This document shows, piece by piece, positions 37,805-46,554 of a stretch of 64,000 bases of DNA. A model generated the notes under the pieces. That model had not been told where the DNA came from, did no database searches, and saw only the letters and a program-made list of their open reading frames with translations. Origin of the DNA: Candidatus Liptonbacteria bacterium (lineage in GTDB: Bacteria > Patescibacteriota > Minisyncoccia > UBA6257 > 2-01-FULL-56-20). The stretch spans positions 194,649-258,648 of the forward strand of contig VGJV01000001.1 in the NCBI GenBank assembly GCA_016867315.1, given 5' to 3'. A program made the position numbers and the translations under genes. The stretch's first letter is position 1; each line of letters opens with the position of its first letter.

Positions 37805-38461
37805 TTATTCTAAAGTACTGGTTGCAGTGCTGGGAGCAGTGTAAAGTATTTGCCTTACAACTTTCGAAGTGCCGCCGAGAAATCGGCGGCCTTCTATTTC
37901 TATGGTGTTCAAACCTTCGTGGAGTACTACGCGCTTTTCCCATTCTCCATCTTTTCCTACCGGAGTTTCTTCTTGATTTACTAATACTTTATCGCCATAG
38001 CGAAGGGAGCCGTGTACTACGATTTCCGGAGTCTCCGAGGGAGTAATTTCGCGTGGGGGATATTCCACGAGAAGAAGAGGGGTGCCGAATATGGCCGCAA
38101 AACGAGCTACGAGATACACGATGAGAATCAGAGCGATGCCCCCTATCCAGTACGGCGTGGCAGGGCTTTCTTTGAAGCGGTTTTTGGGAAGAGCGTCGGT
38201 GCTCCCGGAGGTTTTTACGGCACCTTCGGATTTAAGTTCGTTCCACCAGGCTTCGCCATCGAAATCGAGAACATTTCCTAATTTGTGGAGATAGCCATGT
38301 ACGTATGGAGCCGGGGGGAGAGCTTCAAAATTCCCGGCCATAAGGTGTTCCAAGTGAGCAATCGAAATGTTGGAGGTTTGGGAGAGTTTTTCCAAGTTCC
38401 AGCCCTTTTCCCGGAGGCGGTCATGGAGAAACTGGCCAAATTGTTGGGAATTTTCGTTCAT
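37805..38461 (-). CDS. RodZ-like HTH membrane protein
   Basis: FGQFL..., LPPAPYVHGYL HTH, TM, Ig-like C-terminus; downstream of ftsK. Confidence 0.8.
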   Translation of the reverse strand: MNENSQQFGQFLHDRLREKGWNLEKLSQTSNISIAHLEHLMAGNFEALPPAPYVHGYLHKLGNVLDFDGEAWWNELKSEGAVKTSGSTDALPKNRFKESPATPYWIGGIALILIVYLVARFAAIFGTPLLLVEYPPREITPSETPEIVVHGSLRYGDKVLVNQEETPVGKDGEWEKRVVLHEGLNTIEIEGRRFLGGTSKVVRQILYTAPSTATSTLE

Positions 38462-38539
38462 AAACGTATTAGGTGAATAGGATTAGTAATTAGGTAATTG
38501 AGTAATTGGTAATTGGACTCGTAATAGTTAATGGATTAC

Positions 38540-38908
38540 CTAATTACGAGGGTTAACCTGTTCTTTTGTTGTTCGGATGTAGTTGTTTAATTTGTGGTGG
38601 AGTGATTCTAACCCTTCAAGCAGTATTTTGTGTGTTTCCATCGGAATGCGTTTTCTTTCGAATAGTACATGTGTCCAGTAGATTGATTCAAGTAGCGAGC
38701 CACGTGCGTTATAGTTGAATTTATTTTTGTCGAGATAGTGGAAACGCCCGAATCCTTCAGCAATATTTGCTCCAATTGAGTCTATTGCGGAGATCCATTG
38801 ATCTCCCATTACCTTTTTGTCTTGCCAATTCAGTTTCTCATACTCTTCCCATATAAGTCTAGAAATCTCTCGAGAGAGTTTATATACCTCGAGATCCTCA
38901 AGTTTCAT
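38540..38908 (-). CDS. four-helix-bundle protein (23S rRNA IVP / bAvd-like family)
   Basis: LEDLEVYK, DQWISAIDSIGANIAEGFGR, ARGSLLE. Confidence 0.9.
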   Translation of the reverse strand: MKLEDLEVYKLSREISRLIWEEYEKLNWQDKKVMGDQWISAIDSIGANIAEGFGRFHYLDKNKFNYNARGSLLESIYWTHVLFERKRIPMETHKILLEGLESLHHKLNNYIRTTKEQVNPRN

Positions 38909-38933
38909 AATTACCCAATTACTAATTACTTAA

Positions 38934-41078
38934 TTACGTAATACTTTCGTTATTCTGCGGAAACTTCTCAAAATAGACTTCGCGGGGCTTGGCGCCATCG
39001 CCGGGACCGATAAGTCCCTGAGCTTCCATGAGATCCAAGAGGCGGGCGGCGCGGGCATAACCAACCTTCAGCCTCCGCTGGAGGAGCGAGGCAGAGGCGC
39101 GTTTGGATTCAAATACTACCGCGGTAGCTTCGTCGAGCATTTCATCATCGTCCCCTTCTGTCGCGTAGGAGTCGAAATCTACGCTGTTGTCGATCGGGGC
39201 GCTCGGACCTTCTTTGGGGCCTACTTGAATGTCTGCCGGGGGCTCCACTTCGTTATTGTCTCGGATAAAATCGGCGACCGCATTAATTTCCGCTTCGGTT
39301 ACATAGCAACCCTGGATACGTTTAGGTTTCGAAAGTTCTGCAGAGACAAAGAGTAGATCGCCACCACCTAAAAGTTTTTCCGCACCGGAAGTATCGAGAA
39401 TAGTGCGAGAGTCAATCTGGCTTGCTACTTGGAGAGCGACTCGGCTCGTAATGTTCGCCTTGATAAGGCCGGTGATTACTTCTACTGAGGGCCGCTGGGT
39501 GGAGAGGACAAGGTGAATGCCTGTGGCTCGAGCCATTTGGGCGAGACGTACAATCGACCCTTCTACTTCTTTGCCGTAAGAAGTCATGAGGTCGGCAAGT
39601 TCATCTACGACGATTACCAGGTAAGGCAAGGCTTCTTCCTTATGAGAGTTGTTGTAGCTCTTGATGTCTCGGGAGCCTCCTTTGAGGAGCAGATCATAGC
39701 GGCGATCCATTTCGCTTATTGCCCATCGGAATACTCCTATCGCCTTTTTATTTTCAGTGATCACAGGGGAAATGAGGTGGGGAATATGCTCATAAATAGA
39801 AAGCTCCACTCGTTTCGGGTCGATCATAATCATTTTCAAGGTAGCAGGAGAGTTTTTGAAGAGGAGCGATAGAATAAGCGAATGGATAGTGACCGATTTT
39901 CCCGAACCTGTAGCTCCCGCAATCAAGAGGTGGGGCATCTTTTCGATATTTCCGAAGATGGGTTCGCCGGTTACATCTCTTCCGATTGCAAAAGAAAGCA
40001 TGCCTGAGGACTGGAAATCCGGATATCCCATGAGGCTGCTCAAACGGACAAGCGCAGCGGCTTTATTCGGTACCTCGATACCCACCAGAGATTTGCCGGG
40101 AATAGGAGCTTCGATGCGGATGGGATGGGCGGCGAGGGCTAAGGCGAGATCTTGGTTTAAGGCTACGATTCTCGAGAGTTTTACACCTTCTGCGGGTTTT
40201 AGGGTATAGCGGGTAACTTTAGGCCCAATGTTGATTTCGCCCATTTCGACGGAGATGCCGAACGATTCCAAGGTGCGTTTGATTATATTCGCATTGGCGC
40301 GAAGGTCGCCTGTAGTCGGTTTTTCGGTGCCGGAAGAAAGGAGGGAAAGGGGCGGAGGAGTGTAGTTTATATGCACCACTTGTTTTACAGGTTTGCCTTT
40401 GGGAGCGGGCATTCTCGCGGGTTCTGCGATCACAATGTCCGCATCCTCCTCATCTTCGGCATCAGCTTTAAGCTTTAAACTTTTAGCTTTAAGTTTTTCA
40501 TTCGAATCCTCATCCCTATTCTCATTTTCCTCCTCTTCTTCCGGTTCGATGATTGCATCCCCAACCTCGATCTCTTTTTTAGTTTTTGAACGGAAACGAG
40601 AAAAGTCCAAAGGGGCATTGAGGGCGATCAGGATTCCTACAATAAGGAATACGCTATTCAAAATAGTGGCGGCAAGATTTCCGAAAGGAACGCGTAACGA
40701 GCCGAAGAGAAGTCCCACCCATCCTCCCTTGCCTGGAAGGGCAATTTCAATAAGGCCGAGAAGGGTGAGAAAAGAAAGGCTGACTCCGATAGAGGTCGTC
40801 GTTACAATGCGCGGACCTTCTGCAAAAAGAAGAATTCCTGCGGCAAAGAGCAGCGTAGCCGGGAGGGCCACATATCCCGCGCCTAAAAGGGCTTCAAGGC
40901 CTTTATAAATGTAGATTCCCGCCGGGCCGGCTTTGCCAAATTGCGCGAGGACAAGCACCAATGCGAGACCGATAAATACGATCGCGACGATGCTTTTCTT
41001 GGTCGCGGAGTGGAGGCGTGATTCTTCGGAGAGGTTCCGTGGGAAGTCGTTGCCGTTGCGTTTGGAGCTTTTAGCCAT
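38934..41078 (-). CDS. ftsK: DNA translocase FtsK/SpoIIIE
   Basis: 4 TM N-terminus, PHLLIAGATGSGKS, DELADLM, ASASLLQRRLKVGYARAARL gamma domain. Confidence 0.97.
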   Translation of the reverse strand: MAKSSKRNGNDFPRNLSEESRLHSATKKSIVAIVFIGLALVLVLAQFGKAGPAGIYIYKGLEALLGAGYVALPATLLFAAGILLFAEGPRIVTTTSIGVSLSFLTLLGLIEIALPGKGGWVGLLFGSLRVPFGNLAATILNSVFLIVGILIALNAPLDFSRFRSKTKKEIEVGDAIIEPEEEEENENRDEDSNEKLKAKSLKLKADAEDEEDADIVIAEPARMPAPKGKPVKQVVHINYTPPPLSLLSSGTEKPTTGDLRANANIIKRTLESFGISVEMGEINIGPKVTRYTLKPAEGVKLSRIVALNQDLALALAAHPIRIEAPIPGKSLVGIEVPNKAAALVRLSSLMGYPDFQSSGMLSFAIGRDVTGEPIFGNIEKMPHLLIAGATGSGKSVTIHSLILSLLFKNSPATLKMIMIDPKRVELSIYEHIPHLISPVITENKKAIGVFRWAISEMDRRYDLLLKGGSRDIKSYNNSHKEEALPYLVIVVDELADLMTSYGKEVEGSIVRLAQMARATGIHLVLSTQRPSVEVITGLIKANITSRVALQVASQIDSRTILDTSGAEKLLGGGDLLFVSAELSKPKRIQGCYVTEAEINAVADFIRDNNEVEPPADIQVGPKEGPSAPIDNSVDFDSYATEGDDDEMLDEATAVVFESKRASASLLQRRLKVGYARAARLLDLMEAQGLIGPGDGAKPREVYFEKFPQNNESIT

Positions 41079-41181
41079 GAGAAGTGGAAGCGCTTATATA
41101 TTACTATTCCTTTTTTGTCCGAGCTAGTCGTTCGCTTGGACTCATGCGGGGTTCATAGAGACTTGCGATATAATAGGGGGA

Positions 41182-42615
41182 ATGAAAGTAAATCCGCACA
41201 TATTCCGAGGGTATGATTTGCGCGGTTTGGTCGAGAAAGATCTAACTCCCGAAATCGTAGAACATATCGGAAAAGCTTTAGGCACGTATCTCAAGCGCCG
41301 GGGCATACGGGAACTGGTGGTAGGGCGGGATTCACGTGCGACGGGGCCCGCATATAGCGAGGCTCTTATTCGAGGACTTACTTGGACCGGGGCGGATGTC
41401 ATCGATATAGGGATGACGCTCGTGGGGACGTTTTATTGGGCTCAACACTTTTTAGGACGGCGTGGGGGGGCTTTTGTTTCGGCTTCGCATAATCCACCCG
41501 AATATAACGGGTTCAAATTTGCCAATGATTTTTCAGAGACGCTTGTAAGCGATGGCATGCAGGAGTTGCGGCGAATAGTGGAGGAAGAGGATTACGAGCA
41601 GGGGGAGGCTCCGGGGAAATTTTGCCTTCAAGATGTTCGAGAAGAATATTATGCGGATATTCTTTCGCGAGTGAAGCTTGAGGGAGCGCGGCGCGTAGTC
41701 GTGGATCCCACGGCTTCCACTGCCGGTGCGTTGGTCCCCGAGCTTTTGCGGCGCGCGGGATGCGAAGTAATTGAAAAAAACTGCGAAGTGGATTCTTCTT
41801 TCCCATTGGGGGTGGCCGACCCCACGGCAACAGACATTGCAGAGCGGTTGCGCGACGAGGTGCTTGAAGCGAACGCGGATATCGGATTTTCTTATGATGC
41901 TGATGGAGACAGGATCGGGATTGTCGATGAGAAGGGAGGGATCATATGGAACGATGTGCTCGTCGCCCTTTTTGCTCAAGATGTTCTTCAAGAACATCCG
42001 GGTGCGACGATCATGTATAACACGTTGTGTTCGAGGGTGGTGGAAGAAACTATCCGCAATGCCGGAGGGACGCCTTTCATGTGGAGGACGGGACATTCCT
42101 TCTTAAAGAAAAAGAATCAGGAAGTGGGGGCGGCATTTATCGGGGAGCTTTCCGGACATTTCTTTTTCTCCAAAGATTTTTATAACCACGATGATGGTAT
42201 GTATTCCACGATGCGGTTATTGCGCTATCTTACTCGGACGAACCAGACCCTCTCGGAGGCAGTAGCGAAGCTTCCTCAGTATGTTTCGAGTCCCGAGATA
42301 AAAGTGTTTTGCGCGGACGATAAAAAAGCCGAACTTGTCAAAAAAGCCAGTCCGCAACTTCGGAAAGACTTTCCCCAGGCGCAAGTCATCGATGATGAGC
42401 GAGCGGGGGACGGAATCCGCATGGATCTTCCAGATGCGATGCTTGTGGTGCGATATTCGCAGAACGGTCCCTATCTCACCATCAAATTCGAAGGTAAAAC
42501 CGAAGTGCAATATAACGAACTAAAAGGGTACCTTTCCCAATTTCTTAGAAGTTTTGGAGAGATTGATTGGAAGTCGAAGATCAATGTGAATGTAGAGGCG
42601 CTTGGGGTGGTCTAG
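41182..42615 (+). CDS. phosphomannomutase/phosphoglucomutase
   Basis: FRGYDLRG, SASHNP, DADGDR, GELSGH. Confidence 0.93.
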   Translation: MKVNPHIFRGYDLRGLVEKDLTPEIVEHIGKALGTYLKRRGIRELVVGRDSRATGPAYSEALIRGLTWTGADVIDIGMTLVGTFYWAQHFLGRRGGAFVSASHNPPEYNGFKFANDFSETLVSDGMQELRRIVEEEDYEQGEAPGKFCLQDVREEYYADILSRVKLEGARRVVVDPTASTAGALVPELLRRAGCEVIEKNCEVDSSFPLGVADPTATDIAERLRDEVLEANADIGFSYDADGDRIGIVDEKGGIIWNDVLVALFAQDVLQEHPGATIMYNTLCSRVVEETIRNAGGTPFMWRTGHSFLKKKNQEVGAAFIGELSGHFFFSKDFYNHDDGMYSTMRLLRYLTRTNQTLSEAVAKLPQYVSSPEIKVFCADDKKAELVKKASPQLRKDFPQAQVIDDERAGDGIRMDLPDAMLVVRYSQNGPYLTIKFEGKTEVQYNELKGYLSQFLRSFGEIDWKSKINVNVEALGVV

Positions 42616-42719
42616 ATTCGTACTGCATAATTCAGGGACGCTGTCCGCGAGGGGCTCTCCCGGCAGCTATATTCTCGTGCTGTCGCACTGCGAAAATCCC
42701 TTCATTATGCAGTGCAAAT
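42616..42719 (-). repeat. branched structured repeat, core copy
   Basis: AGGGA-hairpin-TATATTCTC-GTGC TGTC GCAC-TGCGAAAA-TCCCT. Confidence 0.72.
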
Positions 42720-42810
42720 TACCCTGATTTAATTGACGTATAGGTTCTTGGAGACTATAGTGGGGAGAACCAATTGATACTGCAATTCGGGTGGCAATTG
42801 GGCACTTACT

Positions 42811-43290
42811 ATGCCGGAGTTTTTGAACAGTTCGCTCGGGTTCAAGCTCTCGATACCCCAAGTGGTTCGAGAGATTGTTCGATTTATGCACGAAGATACC
42901 CGACGGAAATATAAAGTGATTATTGGCACAGACTCGGAGCGACTCCCGGGTCACAAGGCGGATTTTGTGAATGCGGTCGTGGTGCACCGCATTGGAAATG
43001 GCGGGCGATATTTCTGGAGAAGGCTTGAACACGGCTCCATTCACACGCTCCGCGATAGGATTATCAAGGAGGCGCTTATTTCTTTAGACATCGCGAAAGA
43101 ACTCTTGCAGGAACTCAAGAACGCTTCCGCTCCAGATTTCGATTTCGAAATTCACGTGGATGTAGGAGAGAACGGACCTACAAAACCCATGATTCAGGAG
43201 GTAGTAGGCATGATTCGCGCGAATAACTTCGAAGCTAAAACGAAGCCTGAAAGTTATGCGGCTTCTTCAGTAGCCGATAGGCATGTCTAA
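42811..43290 (+). CDS. RNase H-like YkuK-family protein
   Basis: IIGTDSE, GNGGRYFW, EIHVDVG, YAASSVADRH. Confidence 0.85.
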   Translation: MPEFLNSSLGFKLSIPQVVREIVRFMHEDTRRKYKVIIGTDSERLPGHKADFVNAVVVHRIGNGGRYFWRRLEHGSIHTLRDRIIKEALISLDIAKELLQELKNASAPDFDFEIHVDVGENGPTKPMIQEVVGMIRANNFEAKTKPESYAASSVADRHV

Positions 43291-43874
43291 TGGACACCTT
43301 AGTTTTCGACATAGAGACTCAAAATTTTTTCACCGATCCCGGAGTGGGATGGGATAACTTTGAAGCGTTGAAAATTTCAGTAGTGGGAGTGTATTCCTAC
43401 GATACAAATAAGTATTTCTGTTTTGAAGAGAAGGAAATGCGCGCAGTGGCCGAGCTTTTTCAAGGGGCGAATCGAATCGTCGGATTTAGTATCAATCGCT
43501 ACGACGTGCCGGTGATGCAGGCCTATTTCAATCGTTTTAAAGAGGGGATCAAGCCGGATTTGTGGCAGAAAGAACGAGTGGATCTTCTTGCGGAGATAGA
43601 GATGGCAACCGGCTCGAGAATCAGTTTGAGTAAAGTGTGCGAAGCGAACTTAGGATCGGGAAAAGATAGGAAGGGTGCAGAAGCTCCCCAGCTTTATAGA
43701 GAAGGAAAAATCGCGGAGCTCAAGGAATATTGTTTGAAAGATGTGCGGCTTACCAAAGAAATTTATGACCTTTATCGCAAGCAGGGATTTCTTATGGTGC
43801 CGGAACGGGGGACCGGGAAGATGCAGAAAATCAGCTTTACTACGCTCGCAATTCCCAGTGCTCGGTTGCTCTAG
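43290..43874 (+). CDS. RNase H-like DEDD exonuclease (YprB-like)
   Basis: VFDIET, GFSINRYDVP, YCLKDV. Confidence 0.85.
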   Translation: MDTLVFDIETQNFFTDPGVGWDNFEALKISVVGVYSYDTNKYFCFEEKEMRAVAELFQGANRIVGFSINRYDVPVMQAYFNRFKEGIKPDLWQKERVDLLAEIEMATGSRISLSKVCEANLGSGKDRKGAEAPQLYREGKIAELKEYCLKDVRLTKEIYDLYRKQGFLMVPERGTGKMQKISFTTLAIPSARLL

Positions 43875-43912
43875 TTGAGTTCAAAGACAAGGTGCGTTAC
43901 TTTCTAATTGCT

Positions 43913-45202
43913 ATGAAGCGAATTTACTTAGATTTTGCGGCTACTACTCCGCTTGACCCGGCGGTGGGGCGGGCAATGGAGCCGTATTTATATGAAGAGT
44001 TTGGGAATCCAAGTTCACTCCATTCTTTCGGGCAGAAGGCGATTGCAGCAATTGATAAGGCGCGGGAGATGTTCGCTCGAGAGCTTAATGCCAATTTTCG
44101 AGAAATTATTTTTACCGGATCTGCGACCGAGGCCAACAATCTGGGGTTCAGAGGGGTTATAAAAGGAATCAGGAAACAGGAATTAGGAATTAGGCAAAAG
44201 AAATTCACTCCTCGTATCATTATTTCGGCGATCGAACATGAATCCATTCGAGAAACGGCGAAAGACCTGGAACGCGAAGGAGTGGAAGTGATCGAAATTC
44301 CGGTAAGTCGCGAGGGGTTGGTAGATGTTCAGAAATTGAAGAACGCACTTAATGAGCGGACGGTTTTGGTTTCGGTCATGTATGCAAATAACGAGATAGG
44401 GACAGTGCAGCCGATTTCTGCAATCGGCAAAATCATAACCGATTTTAGAAAGCAAATAGCGGATAGCAAAGAGCCAAGAGCGCCATTGGCTATTGGCCAT
44501 TGGCCAATTTTTCACACCGACGCCGCGCAGGCTTTTCAATTTCTGGATTGCGATGTCCAATTTCTTGGAGTGGACCTTATGACTCTTTCGGCGCATAAGA
44601 TTTACGGGCCGAAAGGAGTGGGCGCGCTCTACATGCGGCGAATTGTGAATAGTGAATTGCGAAGTGTGAATAATTCTCAACTCCCAACTCCCACTTCTCA
44701 ATTCTTGAGCCCTGTGATTACCGGGGGTGGACAGGAATTTGGTTTGCGTTCGGGTACCGAGAATGTGGCAGAGATTGTGGGATTTGGCCATGCGGCACGT
44801 CGCGCAGGAGAGCTGCGTGTTAGAGAAGGAGCGCGGCTTGGAGGATTGTGCGAAAAGTTATGGAAAGGAATTATCAAAAAATATCCTCGCGCTACTTTAA
44901 ATGGTGTTTCTGCAAAGCGCTTCACTCGACATTCATCCCTTGCATTGCCTAATATTCTTAGCGTGCGGTTTTCTGATCTGGAGGCCGAAGCGCTCCTTGT
45001 CCGGCTTGATATCATGGGGCTCGCCGCTTCCGCTGGACCTGCATGCAGCAGTCGTTCACTCGAAGTTTCTAACGTTCTCCAAGCAATTGGGCTTACTCCT
45101 AAGCAGGCGCGGGAAACTATACGGTTTAGCCTTGGCCGCACTACAAAGGAGAAAGATGTTGCGCACGCTCTTTCCCTTTTGACTCAGGTTTTTCGGAGAT
45201 AG
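43913..45202 (+). CDS. iscS: cysteine desulfurase (IscS/NifS family) with repeat-derived insertions
   Basis: YLDFAATTP, GNPSS, HTDAAQ, SAHKIYGPKG, RSGTEN, SAGPACSS. Confidence 0.9.
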   Translation: MKRIYLDFAATTPLDPAVGRAMEPYLYEEFGNPSSLHSFGQKAIAAIDKAREMFARELNANFREIIFTGSATEANNLGFRGVIKGIRKQELGIRQKKFTPRIIISAIEHESIRETAKDLEREGVEVIEIPVSREGLVDVQKLKNALNERTVLVSVMYANNEIGTVQPISAIGKIITDFRKQIADSKEPRAPLAIGHWPIFHTDAAQAFQFLDCDVQFLGVDLMTLSAHKIYGPKGVGALYMRRIVNSELRSVNNSQLPTPTSQFLSPVITGGGQEFGLRSGTENVAEIVGFGHAARRAGELRVREGARLGGLCEKLWKGIIKKYPRATLNGVSAKRFTRHSSLALPNILSVRFSDLEAEALLVRLDIMGLAASAGPACSSRSLEVSNVLQAIGLTPKQARETIRFSLGRTTKEKDVAHALSLLTQVFRR

Positions 45203-45274
45203 CCATATTTTTTGCGAGGCTTAGGGAGGACGCTATATAATAGGAGTAAAGGTAAGAGTTATTTTATAAATACT

Positions 45275-46534
45275 ATGAAAAAATCTCTCTTTACATTTTT
45301 AGGTGGGTTCAGCGCCGCAGCGTTTTTCCTCTTTTTACTTTCGGGCCCTGCAGCGAGGGCGGGATTTTGGGGTGATCTCATGGGGAGCATTTCTTCATTT
45401 GTAGTTCCTGCGCCCAGTACGAGTACCCGACAGATTGTTCCTGCTCAAACTTCCCCTCAGACTTTATATCAGCCAGCATTGGACTATGAGCGCGCAGTCA
45501 TCGCTGCAGTGAAGCGTGCGGAGCCCGCAGTAGTTTCTATCACTATCACCAAGAATGTGCCTATTTTGGAGAACTGCCCCGTGAATCCGTTTGGAGACTT
45601 GCCCCCAGAATTCCAGCAATTTTTCGGAGGCTCCCCTCAATTTTTTGCTCCGTGTGAACGAGGAACTCATTTAGAGAATGTAGGAGGAGGAAGCGGTTTT
45701 ATCATCTCTGCAGATGGACTTATCGTTACCAACAAACATGTGGTGAGCGATTCCAAGGCTTCTTATACCGTATTTACCAATGATGGGAAAAAATATGAAG
45801 CTAAAGTACTCGCTCAAGACCCCGTGCAGGATCTCGCTCTTATAAAAATAGAAGCTCGAGGATTACCCACCGTTACTTTAGGGGATTCGGACGCAGTAGA
45901 GCTGGGACAGACGGCGATTGCAATCGGAAACGCTTTAGGGGAATTCCGCAATACGGTTTCGGTGGGAGTGATTTCCGGCCTTTCTCGGACGGTTACCGCG
46001 GCTGGAGGAGGATTAGTTGAAACAATTGCAGGAGTGTTGCAGACGGATGCCGCAATCAATCTGGGAAATTCTGGGGGGCCGCTTTTAAATCTTCGAGGAG
46101 AGGTCATTGGTATTAACACCGCCGTAGCTTCCGGAGCTCAAAATGTAGGTTTCGCGCTGCCTATCAATGCGGCGAAGCGGGCTATTACTTCGGTTCGGAC
46201 CACGGGGACCATTGAAACTCCTTTCCTCGGGGTGCGGTATATTTTGGTGACTCCCGAGCTTGCGAAGCGGCAGAATCTTCCTGTAGAATATGGCGCACTC
46301 GTGCGGGGAGCCCAAGAAGGGGTCGCCGTTATGGCGAATTCTCCTGCGGCACGGGCAGGGTTGCTTGCGGAAGATATCATTTTAGAGGTTGGGGGAGAGA
46401 AGATCGACAAGGATCACCCTCTTGCGGCGCTCATTGCGAAGCGTACGGTAGGAGAGAAAGTAGCCGTTAAGGTGCGTCGCGGAAATCAAACTCTTACCAT
46501 TACTGTTACCCTCACCGCGCGCCCGAAGCAGTAA
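45275..46534 (+). CDS. htrA: HtrA/DegP-family serine protease with one PDZ domain
   Basis: GSGFII, TNKHV, DLAL, TDAAINLGNSGGP. Confidence 0.92.
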   Translation: MKKSLFTFLGGFSAAAFFLFLLSGPAARAGFWGDLMGSISSFVVPAPSTSTRQIVPAQTSPQTLYQPALDYERAVIAAVKRAEPAVVSITITKNVPILENCPVNPFGDLPPEFQQFFGGSPQFFAPCERGTHLENVGGGSGFIISADGLIVTNKHVVSDSKASYTVFTNDGKKYEAKVLAQDPVQDLALIKIEARGLPTVTLGDSDAVELGQTAIAIGNALGEFRNTVSVGVISGLSRTVTAAGGGLVETIAGVLQTDAAINLGNSGGPLLNLRGEVIGINTAVASGAQNVGFALPINAAKRAITSVRTTGTIETPFLGVRYILVTPELAKRQNLPVEYGALVRGAQEGVAVMANSPAARAGLLAEDIILEVGGEKIDKDHPLAALIAKRTVGEKVAVKVRRGNQTLTITVTLTARPKQ

Positions 46535-46554
46535 AATAGACTATTATATAGATA

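Noticed and set aside
38540-38908. Diversity-generating retroelement, suggested by the bAvd-like gene
   Set aside because: No reverse transcriptase and no template/variable repeat pair differing at adenines was seen in the window.
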